A stretch of DNA of 64,000 bases from Dicyema japonicum (taxonomy: Eukaryota > Animalia > Dicyemida). Position 1 is the first letter of the stretch, and each line of letters starts with the position of its first letter. The position numbers were made by a program, and so were the translations under genes. Where the stretch lies: the NCBI GenBank assembly GCA_011109175.1, contig RDEW01000031.1, forward strand, positions 62,001 through 126,000, in the 5' to 3' direction. The notes beneath the pieces were generated by a model. It saw nothing but the letters and a program-made list of their open reading frames with translations, ran no database searches and was not told the DNA's origin. Positions 12,511 through 24,741 of this stretch are shown piece by piece.

Positions 12511-13816
12511 CAGTGAACTCTCATTAATCTGAACTTCAATAATCCGAAAACTTCAATAATCCAAATTTTTTGATGAGTTAGCAAAATTTTACAAAGTTTC
12601 CTTACAAACAGGCTTCAATAAACCGAAACTTCATAATCCGCAATCCGAAAGACATTTATTAAAAATTTCGGATTAATTTATTTTGTTTTTGTCATACATT
12701 CAGATAAATTTACATTTAAATTTAAAATCTAACAGTACCATATTGTTAGAATAAAGTAATATCTGTGAAATAAAATACATAAAAAATGACTCTCTGAGAA
12801 TTATCCCATATCTGTGAAATAAAAATGAACTCTTATTTTGGAATTTCTACACATTCAGAAATTCTAAAAAACCATGAAAGTTGGAAAACTGTGAAACTAC
12901 GATTAACAAGTCAAGAGCCAAGTGGTAAACGTCATCAGCTTGATAATTCACTTGTTGAATGGATGAAATTAATGGTTTTATTACTGAAGATATAATTTCA
13001 TAAGCTAAAGTATTTGATGAAAAGCTTAGAATCAATGATTTCGAAATTAGTAAAGGCTACACAGATTTAAAGGAAGATGAAAGTTTTTAGACAAAGATTT
13101 TTAAAAGATTTTGACTTTGAAAATTATTATGTACTATGTAAATAATTGGTTTGAATTACAAAAAAATTTTAATGTTTTCATCAGTCATCATAGTGGATGA
13201 ATTAAATTGTTACAGAAAAAAGTTCATTTTACTGATTGATAATGCTACACGTTTTAACGAAATTTTTTGTAATTGAAATTTTATTCCTTCCAAAAAACAC
13301 AACTGCACATCTTCAACAATGTATGTAGGCATACTTAAGAACTTTAAGCATTATTATAGAAAAATGCTTATTTTGAATTATATACCCTTGATTTGGAAAA
13401 AATCTTTTTGTGAATTTACAGAAAACCGTAATGGTATCTGACACACGAAGTAAAAGAAGACCATAAAAATTGTTTTAAAAAGACTGAGGCAATTAAATGT
13501 CTTGATTAATTTGCTAATAAAGACATAATGCAAGATCCTGTTTTGAATAAGTACCGAAAAGAACTGGAAGAACTTGCTAATGAATAAGAAATTTTTAATC
13601 AGAAGTGCTCGACGAGAACGAAATAGTCATTCTTTGTAAAGATTATAATGTCGACGAGGAAATTATTGTTGCTAAAGTGGAGAGATTATTATTATATGTG
13701 AAAACATAAATATTAACTACAATGAAATTAATAGATTTATTCCCTTCACAATCCGAAAACCCTCACAATTTGAAAAGCATTCAAATTTGTTTAGTTCGAA
13801 TTAATAGGGTTTACTG
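12511..13816 (+). mobile_element. Tigger/pogo (Tc1-mariner superfamily) DNA transposon, decayed
   Basis: TA dinucleotides on both sides (12509-10, 13817-18); imperfect TIRs CAGTGAACTCTCATTAATCTGAACT / CAGTAAACCCTATTAATTCGAACT; internal LLIDNA...FLPKNTTAHLQ...GILKNFKHYYRK (DDE_1). Confidence 0.9.
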
Positions 13817-15595
13817 TATTTAAGACAATATATGAGGAGGCTTTGACTGGTTAATTAAATATTAGTCTTGCTATGAGGCATTGACTCTTCTCATTTTATT
13901 TCTCCTATTTCAAAAATGTATCTTCTATATTAATGCAAAAATCGAGGATTTGCGGTTTCTTTAGAATCCTGTGATCTACCTTCTATAGATTTAGTTATAA
14001 GCTTCATTTTGGCTATTTCTTCACATAGATTTTCAGGAAACTTGTCGTATTTTTGAAGTTACTCTTCTGGTCTTTTTCAGGAAAGAAACTATATTCTCCA
14101 TTTTCTTAGTTTAGAACAATCTTTAACATCCATAAATGAGAAAGGAAAGATAATTTTGCAAAAATATATCTAGCAAAGTGTCTATCTTAAGTGCACTTTT
14201 TTGACAAAAAGCCATAAAAGGCTTATTTCCTTCTTGCTTCAATGCCTTCCACAAAGTCTCCATTTTATTATTATTGGGATGACATGGAGAATACTGGTAC
14301 CATTACTATATCTGGAAATACAAATAGTTGATGATTTCTCGTTAAAACCTCACGAATTTATTATCAATCAATTTCGTAAAAATAATCATTTATCTTGCTT
14401 TCCTAAAGCTCTGGAACTCTTAATTATACGCTAGTAAGACGTCATGCTCGCAAATTATGACCCACATACTAAGGGCTTGGAACTAAAAGTCTACCATGAA
14501 AATATTGATGAGAATCGGTTTAAGGATAAAACCATGTGTACCTTTTTTCGATACATTTGAGTCTAAGATATATTTTCCATGCATTACAAGCGATCCTCTG
14601 CCATACAGGAAGTTATTCAATCAAGTGGCTAAGTACTTCAAAATTCCACGGATATTACTTGAACTAGTAGAGTTTCATGTCAGCACAATCGCAAGCTTTC
14701 GATATGTACATTATTACAACCCCTTCCCACTCTCTTTTCAGAATAGTTAACGAGGAACCATGGACGTGGATTCCTGTGTTGTTGCAAAGAACCAGGAAAC
14801 TTATTGGCGATGCGATTGCTCGAGCAGACAAACATCGATTGGTTTTAAATTAGTGTTTTTAACATCTATCTTGGTGATTCTAGAGTTATCAGAAAAATAA
14901 ATAAATCGAGTAAAAAAAACTGGTAACTGACAAAAACGTAACAGCGAAAATAAATGCTCTTAAAGATGATTCAGATGGGCTTTGTGTGACGGGTTTATGT
15001 CTGTGTTAATCTAAGCCTAATGCTATGTTTCAAAATAATTTTTATACAAGAATAAGTTAGATTTATTATATCTGAACTTATAGTATGTTTTAATGCAAAT
15101 GCTACTCGAATTTTATCTACTCATCCCATATAACTTTTTGATCCGAACTCTCAAGTTTTTCATCTTTAATTTACTTATTTACCGAAAATTCAAATACAGG
15201 GAGCTTAAAGTAAACTATGCTGCTTTATATAACCAAAAATCATCTATTTGCTATTTGGAAGTAATTTTTCATGAATTATGAATCAAGCAATTTCAGATTA
15301 AAATCCAATATCTATAATATATTTGCCAAGCCGATAATTTATTGATTAGGAGTGCTATTAATAAATAACGATTTGATTTTTAAATTCCTTATTTATAAAC
15401 CTCAAAGTAGAAAAACGCAGTGAAATATGTTAATCATTTTTCAATATCTCCCGTTTTTATCCAAAAATATCCAATTTTAATTATTTTTTATTAAAACTTA
15501 CTAATTCATATATTATTAGTAAAATAAAAATATTTTTTTATTTATAACTTCAACTTATAAATAAATTCTGATAATACAATTAACTCTCTTGCCTA

Positions 15596-16078
15596 ATGTA
15601 AATGAATTAATTATTTGTTATATTTTTGTAAAATAACAGTAAATGTACCTAAATTTAGGAATGCATCACCACAACAGCCCAATAAAAAATTGCAGATGGC
15701 TCAAGCTCAAGTAGATGAGGTAAAATATAAATATAATACAAGATTGTTGAAATAATGAAAACAAATGTTGAAAAAGTGTTAGAACGAGATGTTCAACTTT
15801 CTGAATTGGGTGGAAGGGCTGATGCACTGCAAGAAGGAGCTTCAAATTTCAATGCTTCTGCTGGGCGTCTTAAGCGAAAGTTTTGGTGGAAAAACATTAA
15901 GGTCTTTTCATAGGATCACAAATAGATGATGATTTGCTTAGGCATATTTGTCGTCATTCTAATTATTATTGGCTCTGGTTTAATATTCGATTAAGTTGTA
16001 GTTTGGATTGCAAATAAATATGGTTCAAAAGATCCAGGGAAAGCGATTGAGCCTACAACACAAACAAATATAAAATGA
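15596..16078 (+). CDS. VAMP: R-SNARE synaptobrevin (VAMP2/3-like)
   Basis: [38 protein letters not shown]...[13 protein letters not shown] plus TM helix; introns 15720-15742 (23 nt), 15902-15925 (24), 15978-16001 (24); start probably split AT|G (exact first exon uncertain). Confidence 0.93.
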
Positions 16079-16946
16079 TTTCTTTAATCATTCTATGTTG
16101 TCTATTTGTACCAGCAAGTAATTTATAATCTTTTTATCAAAGTTTGTTTGCCTAGTTAATTAAGGCAGTTTATTATAAAAAATTGATTTAACGTAATTAA
16201 TATTTGTATTTGTGACGTGACTAGTTAGGCGATGTGAAATGACGCTGTACCTCTATCGCACGAAATGTCTATTTAGGTTCACATGATGGATAAAAACCAT
16301 TGACTTTCTTTTCTTTAGCATGTACGAGGTAACGAACAGGTAGATATCGAGAATCCGATATTCTGAACAAAGAAAAGAAAAGGGGTTCGAATACTTGAAA
16401 GAATTTGGAGGATCATTTTCACGTATAGTATGATAGTTTTTTTGTAAATAATATTTGCAGCATTTGACGTGACTAATTATTTATTCTGCCTGATTAAGTC
16501 CAATGGTGAAGATTGCCATTATGAGAACGTTTTCGCCTAAGAATGAAGTGATGTCCGCGACAGTAGGACGTGTGATGAAAATGGAAAAGGGCGAACCTAC
16601 TTTTCCACCTCTCATCTGAAACGGAAGCCTGTAATGGACTATTGGAGAATGGGTTTGATCGTCAAAAGCGTACGTTCTTCCTTGGGTTCCTTCCTTGGAT
16701 TAATTAGTTGTGACTGTTTGTGCTGGGCTTACCAAAGACTAATTAATATAATGCCAATTAACTTTTAATATTAAATATGGCCTATTGTTTGCCAAATAAT
16801 TAAAATCTTAGATGTTGACTTATTAATTAATATTAAATATTTTTTATTTTTATTACACGTGAAAAATCTAATTAAGTGCCATAAACATTTAATTTTTTTG
16901 AAATCGAAATAATTAACAGTTAAATTGCTTTTTTTAAGTCTTACAG

Positions 16947-18964
16947 ATGAGGCGACAATCCATTAAAGACAGATTGGACAGCGCTAAGCAGATCATTATG
17001 CGAGATAATATCTCCAAAACGGTCGTAAAGGCGACGACTGAAGAAGAAATCCCCCCAAAAGAAAAGCATTTAACTGGTTAGATAAAATTGTTTTATCATA
17101 GTTTTGGAACAGTTTACTCGGGATACATTCACTCCAATGCCGGATATGGTTGTTGCTTTGAAAAATAGAATTATCAGCAATAATTGGCTCGTGACTGCAA
17201 AAACCATAATGACGATTCATCATTTGCTAATTAATGGCGAAGAAGTATTTGATTATGTGAAATTACAATTTAGAGATTTGCACTTTATCTTTCATCGAAC
17301 CTGTCAATCTTTTCCAATTTATTCAACTTCCCTGAATCTTTAATGATGCAAAGTATAGACCATGTCTTTAAAAAATTTTAAAATAGATAAAGATATCATA
17401 AATTTCCTGAAAAATTATTCTGTTTACCTGAAATGCAAACTCGAAATTTATTACAAGATTGGAATAGACATGACTAGATCTGCTAGCACGTGAGTATATT
17501 GTTATAAATAATTTTGATCATAAATGATATTGTTTAGATTGAATTTCGAAGAACGCCCAGCCAAAGATGTAATTGCATTTTTTTCATTTTTTCATTTTAA
17601 TATGCGGTTTTATTTTTAGCTTCTTCAAATTTGCAATAACATGAATGTATTGGCAAAATCCGTTTTTTACACGCAAGTATATTATTCAAATATATTTTAT
17701 TAGATTCATAAATATAGCATTTCGTCAAAAATGCTTGTATTCATCTTTGACTTGCTATATATTGATGTTTCTAGACTGTATTGCTGCTATAGTTCAGTCA
17801 TGTCATCTTTGTTGAGTAAGTTTATGATTTTGACAATAAAATAGAACAATTTTATAAAGTCAACAAAAAAATCGCAAAAAATATTTTTGACGAATTTGAA
17901 TGCTATATGAAATACCAGTATGAATTTGAACTTTTCTTTAATGCAGCTAAAGTGAGAGTATTTAATATTTTTCAAGGAACTTAAGAAAAATGATGTCCCG
18001 GAGGTTGAAATGATAAAATCAGATGTATTTGATAATATGAAGTCTTATATAAATTCTGAAGGGAGGTAAGATTATTAATCACTGCCATTTTAGTGGTCAG
18101 CAAAATTCTGCACCGTTTTTAACAATGGAAGAAGAGAAACCACAAGAAAAACCTCAACCAAGTGAACAAAATTTTCTTGAGGATCTTTTCTCAACGGGTT
18201 ACCTTTTTTAGTTTATTTTTAGATCATAATTTTAATCAACCTCTACGGTACAAAACGGTAATATTCAAATTTTTATTCTTTAAAAGATAATTTTGGATTA
18301 TTTACTTCCGACAATGTAGCACCAGCATCACAAGATATTTTTCAAGGGTAATTAGAAATCTCAATTTAGATCAAATTTTTCTTTTAATTCGAATAATCAA
18401 CCACAATCTACTCCTACTCCACAATTTTCACAGCAAGGCTTACCCCAACAAGTTTCTCAGCAAAGTCAACAGTGGTCAAATATTTTACAAAATTATCAAA
18501 CGCCACAACCAGTTGTGCTTATATTATTGTAACTATTAGTCTCAGCAACAATATTCACAAATTCAACAACAAACCTACAATATGGGAATGAATCCAAACA
18601 TGCAACCTCCACAATCACAATTTTCATATGGTCAGATGCCAGGAGCACAAATAAATCAATCATATAATCTACAGACTACACAATCCCAGTTTTCTTATGG
18701 TCAGAGTGCCATCACAAACGACGAATCAATCATATCAACAACAATTTCAAGTTCCACAATCTCAATTCTCTTACGGTCAAATGTATTCCCAACCAGCGAA
18801 CCAACCATACCAGTCAAATATTCAACAATCACAATTTTCTCAGAATCCAATGAACCCACAACCGACAAATCAAAGCTTTAATCAAGCTCTCAAGTTTTTA
18901 ATATACCAGAAAATTCAATTAAAGAGAAAGAAAAAACGATCCGTTCGATTTCTTTGGTTTTTAA
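16947..18964 (+). CDS. PICALM: ANTH-domain clathrin assembly protein PICALM/AP180 with Gln-rich repetitive tail
   Basis: SKTVVKATTEE..PPKEKHL and NNWLVTAKTIMTIHHLLINGEE (ANTH); tail with QSQFSYGQ x3 and terminal NDPFDFFGF* (DPF motif); frame break near 18706. Confidence 0.9.
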
Positions 18965-19049
18965 ATGATTTAATTATTATTTGGGATTATTTAATTTTAA
19001 CTATAAACTAAACTTCCTTGATTAACAATAAATATAAACAACTTCCATA

Positions 19050-20150
19050 TCCAGGGGGATTATCCCTCATATTCTCAACAAAAAACTATCGGAGATTAGT
19101 GGAGTCACCAATAAAGTGCATGAACTTGATCTACATACTGCTTTTTTTCTCTTGAGAAATTATCTTTTCCTTCCAAGATTAATGTTTTTGGGTCGTACTT
19201 CTTGCTATTTCTCCGGAAAGCCTGGAGAATTTCAACATTCTTATTTCCAAGTCTTTCCTTGCCATCCTTCCTGTCCTTATCAAGCAATGATTTCTCATCA
19301 GGACCATTCTTCCAGATTTCTGCAAATCCACCCGGAGATAAAGTTGCTGATGGGTTGAAGAGTTAGTCAGTGGCTTTTGAAGAGACCCTCTTGATACACA
19401 CCCACTAAGGGACTGGACCAACAGTTTGTACAAGAATACTCATTCGACCCTAGTGGAAACGTAAGAATTGCATCGTAGGGCTTGCATTCTGGCAGCCTCT
19501 TCCCTTCACAGCGGTGCTTGGCTGAACGCGCTCCCATCATCGTCAATTGGTTCCCTTCTAGAACAGGACGTCTTCCAGAATGGGATATCAATATGTCTCG
19601 GGATAGACCTGTGCCAGTTTCATCCATGCCGTTGTGGATCTGTTGTTTACTGCCAGAGACTTCACCCGCTCTCTTACTGACTCATCAGAGGCCGGTTTCC
19701 GAGGCATGCCGCCATCAGGGGTTGTGAAGTACTCTCTTAAGCGGCTGTATTCTCGTCATCTCTGGAACCAATGGGCCTGGATCGTGGAGATGGAAAGCTT
19801 CCAGATGAGAGTAACTGTCTTCCTTTTTTCTCGAGGAAAATGCTTGATTTGGAATGGGGTCTGTACCGACACCATTTCCCAGTCGAGAATTGCTGGTTCC
19901 GCGTTGAAAGTTGTGGAGGCTGCTCGGACTTAAATAATTTCAAGATAAAAAATACTACAGCCTCTCCACCAGATTCCATTTGCAGCCCGTTTTTGTAGAG
20001 ACGAGCGAAGTCTTCGGGCCCAAGACAGTCTCTTTTCTAAGATCGCTTAGGTAATTGATTTCCAAAGTGAGTAATGATCGTCGGAAAACCGAATGACTGT
20101 TCCATGGATTTTTCTGGCAGTTGTCAAAAGAAACAGTCATTCCATCCTAT
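19050..20150 (+). mobile_element. CRE-clade non-LTR retrotransposon, 5'-truncated and decayed (RLE endonuclease end)
   Basis: FFLLRNYLFLPRLMF, SGAWLNALPSSSIG, CRCGS...HPLS, GLDRGDGKLPDE, CLIWNGVCTDT, PVFVETSEVFGP. Confidence 0.88.
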
Positions 20151-20239
20151 CAATTTGATTATTTTGATTGTCTTGTTACTTAATAAATTATTTTTTATTA
20201 AAAAAATAATATAAATAAAAATAAGAATTTATCAGATTA

Positions 20240-20535
20240 CAGGTGTCGGGCCAGAGACGTGATTGTACCTAATTTAAATCCCGCTTCTGTACATTTCGGT
20301 TGAAAGTTCCACGCATCTATGATTCCTTGGCTTGACGATTGACGGCGTCATCAGTGAACATTTCACTGCGGAACCGGATCGTCTATAAAGGACATACATC
20401 CAACAAAAAAAATAAGAGCATTCCTTGATTCTCCCTTCACGATTAGTTACAATAACTGTTCTTTACTTAAAAATAAAGTGCATGTCCTGCCTGAGCGGAG
20501 CTATAACTAATATGGTTCTGCGTAAAATTGCAGTT
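20240..20535 (+). mobile_element. tRNA-derived SINE family 1, copy C (head degenerate)
   Basis: Colinear with 33024-33332 and 38025-38295 over the body (GTTCCACGCATC...CAGTGAACATTTCACTGCGGAAC...GGAGCTATAA). Confidence 0.85.
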
Positions 20536-21869
20536 TTTTAATATCACGTTATACTTTAAAAATAAACAAAGTCTATCGCAAAAATATTGAAGAGAATCGG
20601 TTTAATAATAGAACTTTGTATTACATATCTTCTCAATGTGAGAGTTATATTTTTTAAGGAACTGCAGCTAAAGTAAGAGTTTAACTGATATTTTAAGGAA
20701 CATTTAAAACTTCTTAAACGGTTCGGAAAATAAAAAGATACAATTGTAAAAAATTTAAAAAATTCTAAAAGTGTTTTGGTTTATTAATTTTAAAGAACTT
20801 TATAATTTCGATTAATATACTTGTAGCACACATGAAGTTTGTATTAGTTAGCACTCTTGATTTCTCCTTGATCTTTTTATGTTCATTTCACTCGTTCCCA
20901 AACCTGAGGCTAACTAATTTTAGGAAGAACCGAAAACTAATTAACAGTGTTTCGATATTCTCATGGGTTATTAAAATGAAAAACTTAATATTTCTTTTTT
21001 GAAAGACCTTACTTACATGTTACATCTCAGATCTGTATTTTTCCTTCTTCGTTAATATAGATCTCTAATTCAATCAACATGCCAATTTAATTTCGTATAA
21101 TCGGTTTTATCTAGTAGCTCAGCAAATTTATTTCTATTCTTTTATCCAATACCATCCTTGAAAGGGTTCAAAATAAATCCATCACTGCTAATTAGAATGC
21201 TGGTAAATTCATCGCATATTAAATTATTTACGAAATCACCAAATGAAGGATAGTTAATTTTTGTAGCGGCTGCAGTCGATCATTGGGAGTAGTTCACTAA
21301 CCCTGTTGAATTAGATCGGATAGAAATTGACTATTGACAGAGCAGCTGGCTATTGAACAAATTTTCTTACAAACGTGATGGGTAATGCATTTTCAATTTT
21401 TTGAGTAGAAGTTTTATTACGAGTCTCTCTAAAATTAGTAATTTTGTTCTTTATCGCCATTTTCATTAGATTTATAAGGCTGTTCTCTTCAGTGGTGAGC
21501 TCATTATTCATCTCCATCTTTAGCGCAACATTGAAGGCTGTTCTTGTCTTTTCTAATTGAGATATTATCTGGTTTTTCTTAGGGAAGTAGTAAGAACCAT
21601 CGCATCTGAGACAGAGATCTGTGAAGCGTTAGTTTTCTTCATGGGATGGTCAAAACTTTAAAGATTCACCATTGGCCGATGTTTATCTATTTGTTAACTG
21701 TTTTCCCTCAAAAATTATCATTAATGTGTAAATATGTTGCTGATAAGTTGGCTTATCATGTGGTGATAATTTCCTTGAATTTTGGAATTAATTTGATGGA
21801 ACCGAGAGAGTTGTCTCGCTTAAGATTCAAAGTGCACGGATAGTCTCTAACGCTAATCTTCTCAAGTCA

Positions 21870-22080
21870 TTGTTGCGTGCGGTTCCTCAGCGAGTACTAC
21901 TAAAGATTCAAAACAGAGGAAGTACCGTAGCATTAGGGATTGGTTCGCATTCCAGCCAATTTCCTTTGAGACGTCTGGTCTTCTTGGATCGAGCAGGTCA
22001 AGTTTATCAGGTTAATCGGACGGTTTTCAAGGGTGCGGAAGTTAGACCTCTTACAGAACATAGGGTTTGTGATCATGTGA
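21870..22080 (+). mobile_element. CRE-clade 3' fragment
   Basis: FQPISFETSGLLG motif in an alternative frame. Confidence 0.55.
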
Positions 22081-22269
22081 AGTAACTTCCATTTTGTGCT
22101 CAATGCATGCAAGCCATAATGGAGAGCTTTTCATAATAACTTACTTTATTGATTTTGTTTATTCAAATAATAAAGTATATTTTAATTTTAAAAAAAATTG
22201 ATAAAGTAAACTTTGATATGAGATTTATCGGCTACCCCTAGAAAAAACTTTAAAAATGCCTTTTTCATA

Positions 22270-22700
22270 ACATAAAGGAATGTCTGACCCCTTTATAACT
22301 TTCAGCAAACAGGTAAGCAACGTCATCTCCTCTTCCCAGCGAAAACTAAACTTTGTAAAACGCTACTTGCATACTACAAAAGTTGTTTCCATCAACATTA
22401 ATCATCTTTACACCCAATATATACTACTATCAATCGGCTACTGTTGTGCGGCATGGGGTACTAACCTATTCTATACTAGTCTAAAGAAAATAAACTCCTT
22501 CCAAGAAATAGTAACTAAGGTCCTACAAAGATTCTCCTCCTCGCCACTAAAGCTATCCCCGTTCGAGGAACTCGTGAGGAGAACGGGAGCCCCATTGAAA
22601 CCTCAAAATTTCCTAAAAGTGATTCACCATATAGGAAATGTGTCGGCTCTCGGGAGGAACACCGAAAAGTATGAAACTGATGTTTTAGGAGGCTGGGATC
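22270..22700 (+). mobile_element. LINE ORF2 post-RT region fragment
   Basis: TFSKQVSNVISSSQRKLNFVKR...LYTQYI...IGYCCAAWG, typical LINE post-RT domain. Confidence 0.75.
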
Positions 22701-24340
22701 ACCTGACGGCTCCACTCTTTTTTATTTTGTCTGTGATTCTGGTTTTAAATAAATATTAAGATATTGCAGCAACTGTACACTTGTCACGTTTCAAGCAATT
22801 TACTCATCACAGAATTAAAGACTTTTTGGAACTTCTCAGTATGATCTTCCATGATATAAGGTTTCTAACTCGTAAAAATGATTTCTTTCAGATGGAAATT
22901 TTTCTAGTCATAACGTTGTTTGTTCGATATTTTTTTACGAAAAGTAGCGAAAAGTCCAAGCTGCAAAACAGAATCAAAAACCTTGGATATATCCCGACAT
23001 GTAGCTAAATTTTTAATATTTTATTTTTACGTATTTTATCATATCTTTCTGACACCAGTAAAATTTGTGTCGCATTAACGTTTACAGAGATTTTTTAAAA
23101 ATATTTCCAGAGCACTCGAAACGTTAAACAATTATGTTTTTCAAAAATTTCATGGCAAAATAATTTTTCGGCTTTTTTGTTTCGAGCCATATTGATTAGT
23201 TTTTTAGAATTATTGCTGAAGAAGCCAACGTCGTTATTTGAATTAAGCGTCGATCACAAAAGAAAATTTTCAAATTCTCTTGATTTTAAAGTCGAGTTTA
23301 TGAACAATTTATCCGACCCACGATGACGTATGCAAGTCCTTAGTGAGCAATACAGATTTCACGCTCCTCGTCTTAGAAACTATCCACAATCCGGAAGGCT
23401 ACAATAAAGTTAATTGGACCTGGACATAAAATCTAGCTCAAAAAATTTCTCTATAGAATTACAACAGAAACTCTTAAAGGCGGCTAGTCTACCGAGCTGC
23501 CTTTTGTTCCATACACTATCAAAATATCTACAATTATACTGAAAGTTTGATCCGATGTCATGCCCGATTAGAAAAGCTGTATAGGATTCTCGACCCCGTC
23601 GGACTCGTCCTCTTTTTTTTCAGTCTGGGATCACTTAGTTAGTTGAGAACTTTTACTTCTTTCTCTTTGACCCAGTGATCCTGGGGTAACAAAAATGGTA
23701 GAATTCTAGAAATGGAGATTAAATATTCTTCTTGTTGTGTCCTTCTCGAAAATCCAATCCACCAATCTTCATTATGAGCTTCTGTTGTATGCTTTCTTAT
23801 GGAGAGTGATATAAGAGTTTCAACTCGATCCCGTATTTACATCACTGAAATTCGATCGTTAACTTTCCATATCGTGCTCACACTTTGTCGTATCTTCTTA
23901 TGGACGATGAAATTAAGTTCATAGTGAAGGAAATCAGATTCCAGTTACAGTAAGTCATATTCACTTGCATTTATATTTGACTTTGCTAGATTTTAGTATT
24001 ATGCAAGAAGCAGACGGAGACGCTGCATTTAATTAGATTATGGTATGACTGATGTGTCTTTGCATCTTCGCTAAGACCATGCACGTTGAATTAATCAAGA
24101 GTTATAGGCGTAGATCTTTGACATGAAGTACAATAGGATTTCATCACTTTATTTAAAAAAACTTAGAGAACTTGTGATGGTACAAACGACAACATTATTA
24201 TTATTAATAATAAGCCAAAAATCACTAGGTAAACACTAATTAATAGGAAAAGGCCATCAGGTGGTCCTAGTTTCTATCAGTTACATTCTCATCTCCTGTT
24301 GTTGCTCTCGGGAACCAACGACATTTATTTATTCATTAAC

Positions 24341-24647
24341 CCCGGATACACCGAGAAAAAAGTTAAAGTAAAAAACTGATTAAATGTATCCAGTTTCCAC
24401 TTCTACAGAAACAGAGGCCATCCATCCGACCGGAATCGACATAAAAGGAAAAAGACGTCCATACTTGCAGTTGTGGAAATCCCTCCAGTGGAGAGCAAAT
24501 GATCCTTTTTCGTGCCGGCTAGGCACTGGGCGCCACCTGGATAGGTGGTTCACATAAAGCTACTCTAATAGGAAGAGAGGAGAAACAGACAAACGAACAT
24601 AAAACTTAATCCAATTAGCCACGCAGCACCACATGGCGCCAAGCGGC
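24341..24647 (-). mobile_element. Short retroelement family 2, internally deleted copy with both termini
   Basis: 5' GCCGCTTGGCGCCATGTGGTGCTGCGTGGCTA leader, structured core at 24500-24552, 3' CTCGG-TGTAT-CCGGG stem-loop plus AATAAATAA tail. Confidence 0.7.
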
Positions 24648-24741
24648 GTAACATAAACAAATTTTAAATAATTTTTTATGGAATTAATAAAAAATTTAAT
24701 TATGTTTCTATGGAAATTTTAATTATAAAAATTCGAATTAG

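Noticed and set aside
20639-20700. Apparent duplicate of a PICALM micro-intron (GCAGCTAAAGT.AGAGT…AAGGAAC)
   Set aside because: The first part is better explained as continuation of the repeat shared with 14490-14570; the remaining match is short and AT-rich.
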